IMG/VR virus record: IMGVR_UViG_3300027719_000006
From: a virus
Direction: 5' to 3' (one strand)
DNA length: 61,295 bases
Part shown: piece after piece, positions 1 through 9,727 of the stretch
Numbering within the stretch: the stretch's first letter is position 1
How the letters are laid out: each line of letters starts with the position of its first letter
Made by a program: the position numbers and the translations under genes
Notes under the pieces: generated by a model
What the model saw: the letters and a program-made list of their open reading frames with translations, nothing else
Told to the model about the DNA's origin: nothing
Databases searched by the model: none

Positions 1-127
1 ATAAAATTTAAATTGTTGGTAAGTATAAAAGACGGCGATATAAAATTCCACTTAAATAAAGCCATTGAAAACTATATCGACGATTTCGAATTAAAAAACG
101 ATATAAAAATTTTGGAAACGTCGAAAT
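1..127. repeat. 127-bp terminal direct repeat, copy 1 (identical to 61169..61295); circular-assembly overlap or terminal redundancy
   Basis: Read directly: bases 1..127 (ataaaatttaaattgttggtaag...ggaaacgtcgaaat) recur base-for-base at 61169..61295, so the window closes on itself with a unique length of 61168 bp. Confidence 0.95.
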
Positions 128-129
128 GA
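1..129 (+). CDS. 3' part of the small RHH-like ORF that starts at 61109 (wraps over the circular junction); stop TGA at 127..129
   Basis: The frame of ATG 61109 continues through the repeat. Codons starting at base 1 read IKFKLLVSIKDGDIKFHLNKAIENYIDDFELKNDIKILETSK then TGA. Confidence 0.6.
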   Translation: MKFKLLVSIKDGDIKFHLNKAIENYIDDFELKNDIKILETSK

Positions 130-162
130 TATAGATAACTAACTAAAGCAAAGGAGAACGAT

Positions 163-375
163 ATGACTATATCTACTTCAATAAACAATTCACACAAGGA
201 TTTCAACTCATTAGAATCACTAAGAAGACACATTTTAAAAGAAAAGAAAATCGAGAGCATGACAATATCACTACTAAAAGATGGTAGACATTGTAAGTTG
301 TCGATTCTAGGAGCTACATATTTTATTTTAACTGGAGAAATTATAGATTATCAAATGAAGAAAAGGAGTGCTTAA
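163..375 (+). CDS. hypothetical protein (70 aa)
   Basis: ORF track. RBS aaaggaga lies about 6 nt upstream of ATG 163. No recognisable motif. Confidence 0.6.
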   Translation: MTISTSINNSHKDFNSLESLRRHILKEKKIESMTISLLKDGRHCKLSILGATYFILTGEIIDYQMKKRSA

Positions 376-377
376 AT

Positions 378-1052
378 ATGCAAGCTAGTTCATATTGGAC
401 AATAAGTTCAATAATACTTATTACAGGTTATTCTATTTTTATAGTTATTTTGACATTTTATATAAGCGGTAGAGTTAAAGAAATTTTTAAATTGTTGAAT
501 AACTTTGAAAATATAATTAAGAATCTTGAGAATGGTTTGAACAACATTGATAAATCATCTTATCAGATTAATCACAATCAGAAGAAAATTAAACAAGACC
601 TCAATGTAATTGACATTGTGCTAAAAAAATACAAAGGAATAAGTTTTGATACACAAGTAAACACTAGTCTAGTATCCGAGATAGAAGAAAGGTTGAAAAT
701 AGAAGAAGCTAAGAAATTACCACAGTATAAAGACATAGAAGATACTAGAGTTATAGAAGAACAGGAAGAAACACCATGTATATTCATAGATAAACCTAGA
801 AATAAAAAAATATTGTCACAATCTCCAATTAAAAGTAAATTCGTTAATGCTGTTGATAGAGTTGCACATACTGTGGATAACTTAACGGATAAGATAAAAA
901 ATGTGGATAACTTAGATTACAAAGTTAGTGACAGTTTTTCTACTACAAAAATACCAAATGTAAATCCATCACAAAATATTTATAGATATGAAGATAATTT
1001 TAGTTTAGAAGATTCAATAAAAGAAAATATAAAAGTTGAGGTAGCAGAATGA
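378..1052 (+). CDS. membrane-anchored hypothetical protein (224 aa), N-terminal TM segment then charged coiled-coil-like region
   Basis: ORF track. RBS aaaaggag precedes ATG 378. Hydrophobic stretch WTISSIILITGYSIFIVILTFYI. Sits just upstream of the holin. Confidence 0.65.
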   Translation: MQASSYWTISSIILITGYSIFIVILTFYISGRVKEIFKLLNNFENIIKNLENGLNNIDKSSYQINHNQKKIKQDLNVIDIVLKKYKGISFDTQVNTSLVSEIEERLKIEEAKKLPQYKDIEDTRVIEEQEETPCIFIDKPRNKKILSQSPIKSKFVNAVDRVAHTVDNLTDKIKNVDNLDYKVSDSFSTTKIPNVNPSQNIYRYEDNFSLEDSIKENIKVEVAE

Positions 1053-1258
1053 ATTGGAATAATGTAAAAAAGAGAATGAGAAGTAAAGTTTTGTGGGTTA
1101 GTATATTTTCTCTATTATCAATGATAGCTGGTAATGTGGGATTATATGAACAAATGGGCATAACAGAAGAATCAGCAAAAACTATGATTGATATGTTGCT
1201 TAGTATCATGATTGGATTTGGTGTATTTAATAATCCAGATGATTTAACAAAATTTTAG
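1049..1258 (+). CDS. holin, phi-LC3 / Phage_holin_1-like (69 aa)
   Basis: ATGA overlap with the upstream ORF. Basic N-terminus (NWNNVKKRMRSK), two hydrophobic segments (VLWVSIFSLLSMIAGNVG and MLLSIMIGFGVF), then NNPDD. This matches the small Gram-positive phage holin architecture. It is immediately upstream of the amidase. Confidence 0.7.
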   Translation: MNWNNVKKRMRSKVLWVSIFSLLSMIAGNVGLYEQMGITEESAKTMIDMLLSIMIGFGVFNNPDDLTKF

Positions 1259-1273
1259 AAAGGGGAATATTTT

Positions 1274-1957
1274 ATGGCTAAAAAAGTAATAGTTTTCGAC
1301 GCGGGTCATGGTGGAACTGATTCAGGCAGCATATGGAACAATGGATTTCCAGAAAAGAATTATAATTTAAATATGTCACTTGCTGTTGCTGAACATTTAG
1401 GAACTGCAAATATTACATGTTTTCTTAATAGGATTACAGATATAACATTAGATCAGGATGACAGAATTAAATATTTAAATGAATTTTCATGCAAAAATGA
1501 TTTAGTTGATGTTTATAGTTTTCACACTAATGCTTTTGATAAAAAAACTGAAGGTGTGGAAATATTATTATCTCAATCAAATACAGTAGATGAAGAATGG
1601 TCTAAGGCTTTTCTAAGTGAATACTGTAAGCAATTTAAATTTGTAAACAGGGGAATAGTAAGAAGAAAAAAAGATAATGGAGATGACTATTATTTCTTAC
1701 ACAGATTAACAGAGAAAAATGTAAAAGTTAAGATAATTGAATTTGGCTTTGGTGATAAATTAACAGATATGGTCAAACTCATAAATAACTTTGAGGCAAT
1801 TGCATTTTTCACAGCTCAGCAGATAGCTTATAGATATGGGAAGGTACTAAAGAAACCAGACAAGAGAAAAACTTATACTGAAATATTAAAAGAATTTGAT
1901 GTAGAAAACTTAACATTACCACAACTTATAGAAAAATTATATTATACAATTCCATAA
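1274..1957 (+). CDS. endolysin, N-acetylmuramoyl-L-alanine amidase (Amidase_3 type)
   Basis: N-terminal VIVFDAGHGGTDSGS and later YSFHTNAF..GVEIL are the zinc-ligand motifs of Amidase_3. RBS aggggaa. Follows the holin. Confidence 0.88.
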   Translation: MAKKVIVFDAGHGGTDSGSIWNNGFPEKNYNLNMSLAVAEHLGTANITCFLNRITDITLDQDDRIKYLNEFSCKNDLVDVYSFHTNAFDKKTEGVEILLSQSNTVDEEWSKAFLSEYCKQFKFVNRGIVRRKKDNGDDYYFLHRLTEKNVKVKIIEFGFGDKLTDMVKLINNFEAIAFFTAQQIAYRYGKVLKKPDKRKTYTEILKEFDVENLTLPQLIEKLYYTIP

Positions 1958-1967
1958 CTGAATATCA

Positions 1968-2009
1968 TAAAAAAGCTTATTCATAGATAAAAATAGAATA
2001 AGCTTTTTT
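1968..2009. terminator. bidirectional rho-independent terminator between the convergent lysis and tail-fibre genes
   Basis: 10-bp perfect stem aagcttattc (1973..1982) / gaataagctt (1996..2005), flanked by an A-run on the left and a T-run on the right. Confidence 0.8.
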
Positions 2010-2019
2010 ATGTAGAAAT

Positions 2020-3753
2020 TTAGTTCATTATTTTGACTTTTTGTACAATTATATGACTTCCCGATTGAACAGTTGATGGATTTGCCGCATCTGTGTTTAT
2101 TTGAGCAGCCCTGTATTGCAAAGTTATAGCTGCCTCGAATGTCTCTATTACAAAGTGTTCCTGTATATGTGAACCAGTTGTCGAATTTGCCAATGGATAA
2201 CATACATCTGTTGAAAGTCCGTGTGTTCCAGAATTTCGAGTTAATGAAAGTGTTGTAGAACTAGCAACCTGAGATTCACCACCTCGACAATTTCTTTCAC
2301 ATAATAAAGTGTAATTTGTACCAGCCACACTCCAGTCAAATTTTATATCTGGCACAGTATCTATGCATTTCGCATTTATATGAGCATCTATTACATAAAC
2401 TCCATTTGGAGGAAGTGTAAATACTAGTCCTGTAATTGCTGTCATAGCGTTGCTTAAAAGTTGTTGGTCTGCTGTCATCCTATAATATTTTGACAACTCT
2501 TGATATTTTCCATCTTTATTAATATCCTGATTTTCCATATGCGAACATACAAAATCTGTTAACAAACCATAACTTGTTGCACCTGTTGCACCAAGACATA
2601 CAGCTCCTTCGTCTGTAGCAGTTATGGACGTTTCATATTCACATATTTTTTCGAGTTCACCTTCTTTTTTACATGTGACTCTGCAGGTCTGCGAACTTTT
2701 ATCAAACATAATTACAACTCTTTCGTGTTTAGCAAGTGCATTTGTAAGGGCAGATGATATTGTTGTTCCAACTCCACCTTGGTGTAAATATAAATATAAT
2801 ATACTAGATGACACATAAACTTTAACATAATTATTAGCATCTACATACCAAATCATACTTGGCAATTCTCCAGCAGTTTTACAATACCACTCAAACTTAC
2901 ATATAAAATTTATTACATCACTGTATAACTGTATACCATTATTCAATTCATAAGGATTACTAAAAAACATACCACTTCTATGTATTTTTTCACAATATAC
3001 TAATAAGAACCAATCAATATTTACAGTAAAGCTGCTGACCCATCCAGTGCCAGTACCCATGTACCTCTGAAAACTCTCATTGTATCCACCATTTTCTCTA
3101 TACATTCCACAATATACAAATACAACATATGCAGCTGTTGCACTTGCTGTTGAGACATAATCGAATCTAGCATATATAATAGTATCCCAATCTGGAGGCG
3201 CTCCAAAATCCGTAAAATCACTTTTTGCAACATCTATTGTATTATATCCATTTTCCAAATCAGCAGACAGTACTCTTGCGTATCTGAAATTTGTTGAATT
3301 TGTTCCAAGTTTTATTTGTACATAGTTTACTTTTGTCTTATCTGATACATATACAATACAAGTTATTTTATCATCAGTAGAAGAAACGGATCCGTCGTTA
3401 AATTTTTCAAGATTCAATAAAACAGCTTTATATATTCCTAATGTTCCAGCACTTGCATCTGGTTCTGTTATTCTAATAGAATTTTTGCCAATTACATTAT
3501 ATGTTGTGTCATTAGTCATTGAACCTGCTACATCTTCTGAAAATTCACTTATAGCAGAAAAATTTTCTATTTCTTTGAAATTTCTTTGAAAATAATAATC
3601 TACATAATCACTAAGCTTAAATGTTTTAGACCTACTTAATTCTGTATCAGCTCCACCTATTATTCTTTCATATTCATTTAAATTTGCATCATTTATTGCT
3701 GGAACTCCACCATTAGCCCATGTTAAAGGCGTATGTTTACCAAAAATAGCCAT
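2020..3753 (-). CDS. tail fibre / receptor-binding protein candidate (577 aa)
   Basis: Last and largest gene of the tail module. RBS aggagg. The N-terminus MAIFGKHTPLTWANGGVPAINDANLNEYERIIG resembles conserved fibre N-termini. Function inferred from position. Confidence 0.5.
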   Translation of the reverse strand: MAIFGKHTPLTWANGGVPAINDANLNEYERIIGGADTELSRSKTFKLSDYVDYYFQRNFKEIENFSAISEFSEDVAGSMTNDTTYNVIGKNSIRITEPDASAGTLGIYKAVLLNLEKFNDGSVSSTDDKITCIVYVSDKTKVNYVQIKLGTNSTNFRYARVLSADLENGYNTIDVAKSDFTDFGAPPDWDTIIYARFDYVSTASATAAYVVFVYCGMYRENGGYNESFQRYMGTGTGWVSSFTVNIDWFLLVYCEKIHRSGMFFSNPYELNNGIQLYSDVINFICKFEWYCKTAGELPSMIWYVDANNYVKVYVSSSILYLYLHQGGVGTTISSALTNALAKHERVVIMFDKSSQTCRVTCKKEGELEKICEYETSITATDEGAVCLGATGATSYGLLTDFVCSHMENQDINKDGKYQELSKYYRMTADQQLLSNAMTAITGLVFTLPPNGVYVIDAHINAKCIDTVPDIKFDWSVAGTNYTLLCERNCRGGESQVASSTTLSLTRNSGTHGLSTDVCYPLANSTTGSHIQEHFVIETFEAAITLQYRAAQINTDAANPSTVQSGSHIIVQKVKIMN

Positions 3754-3762
3754 AACAACCTC

Positions 3763-4275
3763 CTAAGATATTTTATCTACTCTTTCAAATTGTATTTCTT
3801 CTGTGCTTTCTTTTGAATAACTCCACAATATTCTAGACACCAATAGTCCTGTGTCTTTTCCTGCTCCACTGTCCCAAGGCAATGCATTACCTGCAAACAA
3901 TCCTATTTCTTCTATATTAACATCTCCTATATCACCAGAGCCAATTAAAAGGTAATTAGGTTCGTCTGCCGTTAAAGTTGCCCTTGATGTCAACTCGCCT
4001 GTACCAGTGCGAAGCTTAGAAACTACTGGTATTCTATAAACCTCATCTCCAAGAGCTGTGTTAGTTGCTGCCAGTGGTAATATTGTTCCATTGTCTTCTC
4101 CAATTGCAATGTATCTATATGTCAAATTTGTATTAGAGTAAAATGCCTTGATAAGTTCGTCAAAAGCAAGGTTCATTATTAAATTATCTTTTACAAAAAT
4201 ACCTTTTCTAGTTATTATTTTGTACGAGCCTTTCCATTTCAAAAAACTTCCTTTTATAGTATCAATTGAACTCAT
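3763..4275 (-). CDS. baseplate / fibre-associated protein (170 aa), tail-collar-like motif
   Basis: The ORF track gives 3763..4590, but that overlaps the upstream gene by 240 nt. The internal ATG at 4275 has RBS aaggaaggaa. Pattern IAIGEDNGT..L..E.YR...EEIGLF resembles phage tail-collar fibre N-terminal domains. Confidence 0.55.
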   Translation of the reverse strand: MSSIDTIKGSFLKWKGSYKIITRKGIFVKDNLIMNLAFDELIKAFYSNTNLTYRYIAIGEDNGTILPLAATNTALGDEVYRIPVVSKLRTGTGELTSRATLTADEPNYLLIGSGDIGDVNIEEIGLFAGNALPWDSGAGKDTGLLVSRILWSYSKESTEEIQFERVDKIS

Positions 4276-4348
4276 GTTCACGATTCCTTCCTTAACTGGA
4301 TTCTTTTTATAAATTCTAAACCTATCGAATTCGAGGGGTTTAGAATAA

Positions 4349-5890
4349 TTAATCAGTCTCAATATCAACTGTTGTAGGTACAGAGTTAGGATACAAATTA
4401 TCTGCCGGATATAAATTATCTGCTGGAAATAATGCATCCGATACAGATATAGTCGTAGAACCATCCCAGCCATATCCCTCCGAAACTTGTTTCGTAACAT
4501 AAACTTCTGAATCTTCTCTAAGAGTAAAATTTTTACTAGTAGATAGCCAACTTTTAAAAAATTTCTGCCACCCTCCCTGAGCTTCTCCATCTATAATAGT
4601 ATATGCATTCAATAGCCTTGTTCCAACATCAGATATTCTTTTTTCACAAACAAGATATCCATTTCCAGTAGAATATAGCGAGTTTATGTTAAAACTTGGT
4701 AATACAACATCAATGATATCTCCAATCTCAAAATTTAAATTATAGCTACTAAAATTGATAACTTGAGACATGTTAGAATATTTTCTCAATATAGCTTTTG
4801 CCCTATCTTCTGCAACTGTTGCACCTTCTATATTATCGCCACTTTCTACAGCCTCATATAAACCGCTGCCGCCTTCTATTGCTTGTCTAGCTGCTATTTG
4901 TACTAAATCATCTTCAATTATATTATTCTTAAATTGTCCAACATATTTAACTAATAAAAAATATCCAGTAGCTATCAATGGTTCTAGTTCATCAGCACTG
5001 ATAGTATTTGTTGCTTTACTCCAATAATAACTTAGCCCACTATCTATTCCACTAATTCCAACTTGACTACCGGGAATCATTTTAGAATTAGGTGGATTCA
5101 ATATATCATTCAAATCATTTGTAACATATAAAGTAGGCTTGCTATTAACAGGATATTTTAAAAAGAATACCCTGTCATTGTCTGGTGTTGGTGTTGCTTT
5201 TTCTACTAATTCATCAGTCAACATATTCACATCTCTAAATATCTGCCTATTTCTATAGTCATCTCTTGATTTAGACAATGATAGACTATCAAATAAATAG
5301 CTGGTAACATATTCTTCAAGTCTGCCACCATAAACAGTTCTATTATTCAGAATAAACTTTTTATCAGGCAGTATATCCCATTGGTATCCTATTTGTTCGC
5401 ATAATTCATCAAAAACAGTAGTTGCTGGAACATATGAACAATTTATTGAAGCTGTTAAACCTGTAGTAGTCATAAACGAGCCATCAAGCAAACTATAATA
5501 TATTCCATCAACTGCAAGATATGTATCAATGATTTCTTTTATTATCAAACTTACCAATTGTTTAGGAAATGACTGATTTACAAGTCTTCTATTTGCAAAA
5601 TATTCATTCCCTATGCAAGTTATTTTCATTCCATATACTGCATTATTTATTTTTCTTGTTGTCGGTTCATCAAGTTGTCCGCCAAAAATTAGCACTCCAT
5701 CTTCAAAAAGTTGTATATATTTTCCAATTAAAATAGACCAGTTGTATGGAGGTACAGTATTATTCATATCAATTAACTCAAATGACAAAACACTTGCTTC
5801 TCCAGGATTACCCTTGTTAATATTGGTAGAACCTGCCTTAACCTTAACTCCATCTGGAAGAAGTGAACCATTAATTTTTATATATATCAT
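4349..5890 (-). CDS. distal tail / baseplate protein (Dit/Tal position, 513 aa)
   Basis: Starts with a TAATG overlap on the tape-measure stop. Function inferred from synteny only. The C-terminus carries the tandem PADNLYPADNLY. Confidence 0.5.
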   Translation of the reverse strand: MIYIKINGSLLPDGVKVKAGSTNINKGNPGEASVLSFELIDMNNTVPPYNWSILIGKYIQLFEDGVLIFGGQLDEPTTRKINNAVYGMKITCIGNEYFANRRLVNQSFPKQLVSLIIKEIIDTYLAVDGIYYSLLDGSFMTTTGLTASINCSYVPATTVFDELCEQIGYQWDILPDKKFILNNRTVYGGRLEEYVTSYLFDSLSLSKSRDDYRNRQIFRDVNMLTDELVEKATPTPDNDRVFFLKYPVNSKPTLYVTNDLNDILNPPNSKMIPGSQVGISGIDSGLSYYWSKATNTISADELEPLIATGYFLLVKYVGQFKNNIIEDDLVQIAARQAIEGGSGLYEAVESGDNIEGATVAEDRAKAILRKYSNMSQVINFSSYNLNFEIGDIIDVVLPSFNINSLYSTGNGYLVCEKRISDVGTRLLNAYTIIDGEAQGGWQKFFKSWLSTSKNFTLREDSEVYVTKQVSEGYGWDGSTTISVSDALFPADNLYPADNLYPNSVPTTVDIETD

Positions 5891-8211
5891 TATTCAATCC
5901 TCCCAGTATATTTTTGCACAGTTGATTTTAATTCCTTCATGAATCCATATGTATCCTGTACTCCATAGAAGTTAAATGGTCCAGATAGAACTATACTTCT
6001 ATTAGCCATTCCCGATAATCCATTTCCTTCTGCTAATTCTACTTGATTTATTAATTCACTTCCTATTTTAAATGCTGGCATTTTTATTTTATTTCTAGCT
6101 TTCTCCAAACTTTTTATTATCATTCCATGAAAATTTAATTTATCCAAATCTTTAAGTGGTCCAACTTTAGCAGGTGAAAATGGCAAATAACTTCTTAATG
6201 TTCCAGCCAAATCCTTTGCAGCAGATGCCAAATCTCCAAACATACTTCTAATTCCTTTTACTATTTGAGATACTATTTTAGCACCAGCCGCGACAAAGTC
6301 TGTTTTAAATAATGAATCAATAATTTTAGCTGCCAAGTCTGCTGCAACTTTTCCCATTGTAGTAAAATAACCTCTAAATAATTTTACTATTGCATCCCAT
6401 GCACTTTTAAAAATACTTTTTACGCTAGTCCATACTTGCGACCAGTCTCCACGAATTACACCGCAAAATATTTTTACTAAATCTTTTATGATTCCAGATA
6501 CAACTCTTATTACTCCAAGCATTGCATTCCATGCAAATTTAACAATTGTTAAAACTGTATCTCCATTTTGTTTCCACCATACTTTTGTAGCATCCAACAT
6601 ATATTTTATAGTTTTCTTTATTTCATCAAATATAATTTTCGCATTTTCTTTTAAAACATTCCAAGTTTTTGTAACTTTTTCTTGAACATCTGCATTATTT
6701 TTATACATATTAATCATCATTGCAATAAATCCAACTATTGCAGTAACTACAGCGCCTATCCAAATAACTATTATTGGTAAAGCTGCTGCAATAATAGCCA
6801 ATGCTGGTGCTCCTACAGTAGCTATTGCAGTTGATACAGCTGTTATTATTGCACCTAGCCCGGCAAACGCTCCACCAACTAACATTATTGCAGTTCCTAT
6901 TCCTGCTATAATTGGACCAAGTATCGCTAATGAACCTATGATTAATAATGAACTTTTTTGAAATCCACCTGACATGCTTTCAAATTTAGACATAACAAAA
7001 TCAATAAACTTTGCAACACTTTCGAGTACTGGAATAAATACACCTTTAAGTATATTAAAAAATGTTAATGCTGTTGCCTGCGCTTTCGATAAAGCTTTAT
7101 CCCACCTAAAGTCAACCGTATCTGTAGCAGCTTTAAACGCTGCGTTTAAGTCACCTGTACTATTTGTTACACTTTCTATTACAGCCTTATTTTTATCAAC
7201 ATTCAAATTTGCTAATCCCAAAGCTCCTGTAAATGCCCTAATATTTGGAAATACATCTGCAAGGGCATCATCACCATATTTTTTAGTTAGCCTATTTAAT
7301 TCATCCAATGTTGATAATAATCCTTCTTCTTTAATTTGTTTTCTTAACTTTGCTGATGAAGTACCCATTGCACCTAATGCATCTTCTGCACCTTTTGAAG
7401 GTTTAATTAAGCCAGACATGATTGCTTTAAGTTGTGTTGTACTTTCTGCACAATCTAATCCATTTAAAGTAAGTACAGCAACCGAGCCGGCAACTTCTTC
7501 AAATTGGACACCCATTGTTGAAGCAATAGGCAAAACCTGACCTAACGCACTCGCAAACTCTGGAGCATCTGCTTTTCCTTCTTTTACTGCTGCTGTCAAA
7601 ATATCTGTTGCTTTTCCTGCATTCATAACTTTTGGACCATATGCATTCATTGCGCTTGTTACCAAATTAGCTACATCTTTTGTAGTGCCTAATCCAGCCG
7701 TTGCAGCTTTTGCCGATTCTTTTAATACTGCCATTGCTTCGCCTGCTTTAATGCCTGAACTTGTTACATCATATAATCCGGCAGCGAGTTCTATTGGTGT
7801 TTGTCCTAACTGTGGTGCTAAATCTATTATTTCTTGTCCCCATTTATCAACTTGCTCCTTTGATATTCCTACAAGTCCTGTTATGTGAGACATTTCTCTT
7901 TCAAAATCCTTGCCTAGTTTAAATATGGCTACCCCAGCAGCTGCAATAGGAAGTGTTATAAATTTTGTCAATGTTCCACCTAAATTTTTAACCTGTGAGC
8001 CTACACTTGAAATAGTATTTCCCATTGAAGTAGCAAATCCGCCAATTGCTGTACCTATATTATCAAAGCCTCCACCAATACTACTATTCATACTGCTAGC
8101 CAATCCCCTCGAAAAACTATTGCCTAATCTTCTTGCTTCATTAAAGCTAGTTTGAAGTTGATTAGTATTACCAGTTATATCTACAGATACTTCACCTAAA
8201 CTTAACCCCAT
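5890..8211 (-). CDS. tail tape measure protein (773 aa)
   Basis: Position after the G/GT chaperone. Long Ala/Gly-rich helical protein with a TP901-type core (ELAAGLYDVTSSGIKAGEAMAVLKESAKAATAGLGTTKDVANLVTSAMNAYG) and central hydrophobic segments. Confidence 0.9.
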   Translation of the reverse strand: MGLSLGEVSVDITGNTNQLQTSFNEARRLGNSFSRGLASSMNSSIGGGFDNIGTAIGGFATSMGNTISSVGSQVKNLGGTLTKFITLPIAAAGVAIFKLGKDFEREMSHITGLVGISKEQVDKWGQEIIDLAPQLGQTPIELAAGLYDVTSSGIKAGEAMAVLKESAKAATAGLGTTKDVANLVTSAMNAYGPKVMNAGKATDILTAAVKEGKADAPEFASALGQVLPIASTMGVQFEEVAGSVAVLTLNGLDCAESTTQLKAIMSGLIKPSKGAEDALGAMGTSSAKLRKQIKEEGLLSTLDELNRLTKKYGDDALADVFPNIRAFTGALGLANLNVDKNKAVIESVTNSTGDLNAAFKAATDTVDFRWDKALSKAQATALTFFNILKGVFIPVLESVAKFIDFVMSKFESMSGGFQKSSLLIIGSLAILGPIIAGIGTAIMLVGGAFAGLGAIITAVSTAIATVGAPALAIIAAALPIIVIWIGAVVTAIVGFIAMMINMYKNNADVQEKVTKTWNVLKENAKIIFDEIKKTIKYMLDATKVWWKQNGDTVLTIVKFAWNAMLGVIRVVSGIIKDLVKIFCGVIRGDWSQVWTSVKSIFKSAWDAIVKLFRGYFTTMGKVAADLAAKIIDSLFKTDFVAAGAKIVSQIVKGIRSMFGDLASAAKDLAGTLRSYLPFSPAKVGPLKDLDKLNFHGMIIKSLEKARNKIKMPAFKIGSELINQVELAEGNGLSGMANRSIVLSGPFNFYGVQDTYGFMKELKSTVQKYTGRIE

Positions 8212-8863
8212 TACTTCACCTTCTTATTTACATTTTTTATTTCATTGTATATATTTTCTTCTTCAAATTCTGCAAAATTTCTATTATCTTTATCCCTGAC
8301 AAAATGAGAAAAAGCTGAATTTTCGGGCAAACTTTTTAAAAATATTGAAAACCTTCTCCAAGTTATATTGGTGGCAAGTAAATCAATATTATAAAAGTGC
8401 CAAAAATCAGCCTCTATATATCCCCATCCCCAAATTATTATTCTTGGGTCTATGTTTTTTTTTCTACATCTTCATTAGTTGTGTCATATCCCCAATGTTT
8501 TAATATTTGAGGTGATAATTTTTCAAACACCAAATTCATTCCAACTGTGCTATTGCTAAATTCTTCAACTAATTCTTTACCAAACATTAATTCTATAAAT
8601 TCATACATTTTTTCTTCTGGTATATCTATATTCATTTTACCTGACTTCTTATTATAACAATGTCTAAAGAAAAATAGTCCAAATGACATAGGCATCTCAT
8701 TAGCAACTTCAAAAAACTTATTATTGAATTTAACATGATATTGCTTTAATTGAGATTTTTTCTCTTTTATCGCAGCATCAAAATCAATAATTAGATCTGA
8801 CTCTTGTTGCTCTTTTAATTCTTGTACTTTTTCATTTAGAAATTGTTCATTATCTTTTTTCAT
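8211..8863 (-). CDS. tail assembly chaperone long form (GT-type) produced by a -1 programmed frameshift
   Basis: I translated the -1 frame by hand from the A-run at 8455..8463. It stays open for 81 codons (NIDPRIIIWGWGYIEADFWHFYNIDLLATNITWRRFSIFLKSLPENSAFSHFV...KKVK) and stops at TAA 8213..8211, overlapping the tape-measure ATG. Confidence 0.75.
8450..8863 (-). CDS. tail assembly chaperone short form (G-type, 137 aa)
   Basis: Acidic protein between the major tail and tape-measure genes. RBS aggaga. Ends just after the slippery A-run. Confidence 0.8.
   Translation of the reverse strand: MKKDNEQFLNEKVQELKEQQESDLIIDFDAAIKEKKSQLKQYHVKFNNKFFEVANEMPMSFGLFFFRHCYNKKSGKMNIDIPEEKMYEFIELMFGKELVEEFSNSTVGMNLVFEKLSPQILKHWGYDTTNEDVEKKT
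8456..8462 (-). promoter_or_regulatory. slippery heptamer A_AAA_AAA for the -1 frameshift
   Basis: Zero-frame codons on the minus strand are GTA GAA AAA AAA ACA TAG. The X_XXY_YYZ heptamer ends 4 nt (one ACA codon) before the zero-frame stop. Confidence 0.7.
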
Positions 8864-8883
8864 ATATTCTCCTAACTATTTTC

Positions 8884-9309
8884 TTATGATCCTGGAACTA
8901 TTTCTGTTTTGCTGTTAATTCTGAACGAACCTTTAAATTTATATACTTCTGACGTGCTGCCTTCTTCGTCGTATTTTGTAAAGAATCCATTTAAAGTAAA
9001 TCCGTATCCTGTATTTCTAGTATATCTTACTGAGACAATCTTGCCTGTTTCGGCTGCGTCCCTAAGTTCACTTTGTCCAATATCTAATCCAGTTAATGCG
9101 CTTTCTATTGCTATTCCTTCGATTTCTGCTGTCTCATCTACTGCAATACTAACCATCTGTATATGTAGTACATCTGTACCAGCTATGCAATCCTCAGAAC
9201 CTGTAACATCTTCCTCAGATATAGATAAACTTCTTTTAAAACTTGTTACCTTTGCAACTACTTCGCTATCTACTTTTATGACTGTACATGCAAATTTTAC
9301 CTCATTCAT
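8884..9309 (-). CDS. major tail protein (141 aa)
   Basis: Position upstream of the chaperones. Beta-rich sequence with SFKRSLSISEEDVTGSED, typical of phi13/TP901-type major tail proteins. Confidence 0.75.
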   Translation of the reverse strand: MNEVKFACTVIKVDSEVVAKVTSFKRSLSISEEDVTGSEDCIAGTDVLHIQMVSIAVDETAEIEGIAIESALTGLDIGQSELRDAAETGKIVSVRYTRNTGYGFTLNGFFTKYDEEGSTSEVYKFKGSFRINSKTEIVPGS

Positions 9310-9325
9310 TTTCTCACCTTCCTAA

Positions 9326-9727
9326 TTATAATCTGTTAACACCTGCTGTCATGGTTCTAATGTTATATGTTCCAGAATATTCATTTCTATTTTTTTCATC
9401 TTTATTCAGATAAGTTGGATTAGTCTCAGTAGTAATATAACTCACTTCATGACCACTAGGTATAAGTTTACTTCCGCCAAAACCAACTATTTTTTCATGT
9501 ATAGACCACATTAGATTTTTTGCAGTTATACAATTTGAATTTCTAACAATAATATGAACTCCATAATTATCAACATTCAATGAATCTGACTCAAGTAAAT
9601 TAGGTGCTGATGCAGATTCAACAGTTATGCAATTATCTGGCATATCAGGTTGAAATTCTAAAAACAAATTAACTCCTTCAGTGCCATATCCTTCAGATTC
9701 AAAATATTTTAATAATTCATAGTTCAT
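9326..9727 (-). CDS. tail terminator / tail-completion protein (133 aa)
   Basis: Synteny. The N-terminus (GVNLFLEFQPDMPDNCITV) resembles the 'minor capsid' / DUF3168-like tail terminator family. Confidence 0.5.
   Translation of the reverse strand: MNYELLKYFESEGYGTEGVNLFLEFQPDMPDNCITVESASAPNLLESDSLNVDNYGVHIIVRNSNCITAKNLMWSIHEKIVGFGGSKLIPSGHEVSYITTETNPTYLNKDEKNRNEYSGTYNIRTMTAGVNRL

Noticed and set aside
3763-4590. Long version (275 aa) of the ORF downstream of the 513-aa tail gene
   Set aside because: Its first 105 codons overlap the 3' end of 4349..5890 in another frame and translate to low-complexity sequence. The internal ATG 4275 has a strong RBS.
6974-7540. Antisense shadow ORFs opposite long genes (for example 6974..7540, 8909..9325, 14108..14527, 18206..18715, 29428..29949, 54036..54425)
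   Set aside because: They lie entirely within better-supported genes on the other strand, lack an RBS and have low-complexity Ser/Phe/Leu/Ile-rich translations.
8212-8449. Apparent 240-bp non-coding gap upstream of the tape-measure gene
   Set aside because: It is not intergenic. It is fully explained as the -1 frame extension of the tail assembly chaperone.
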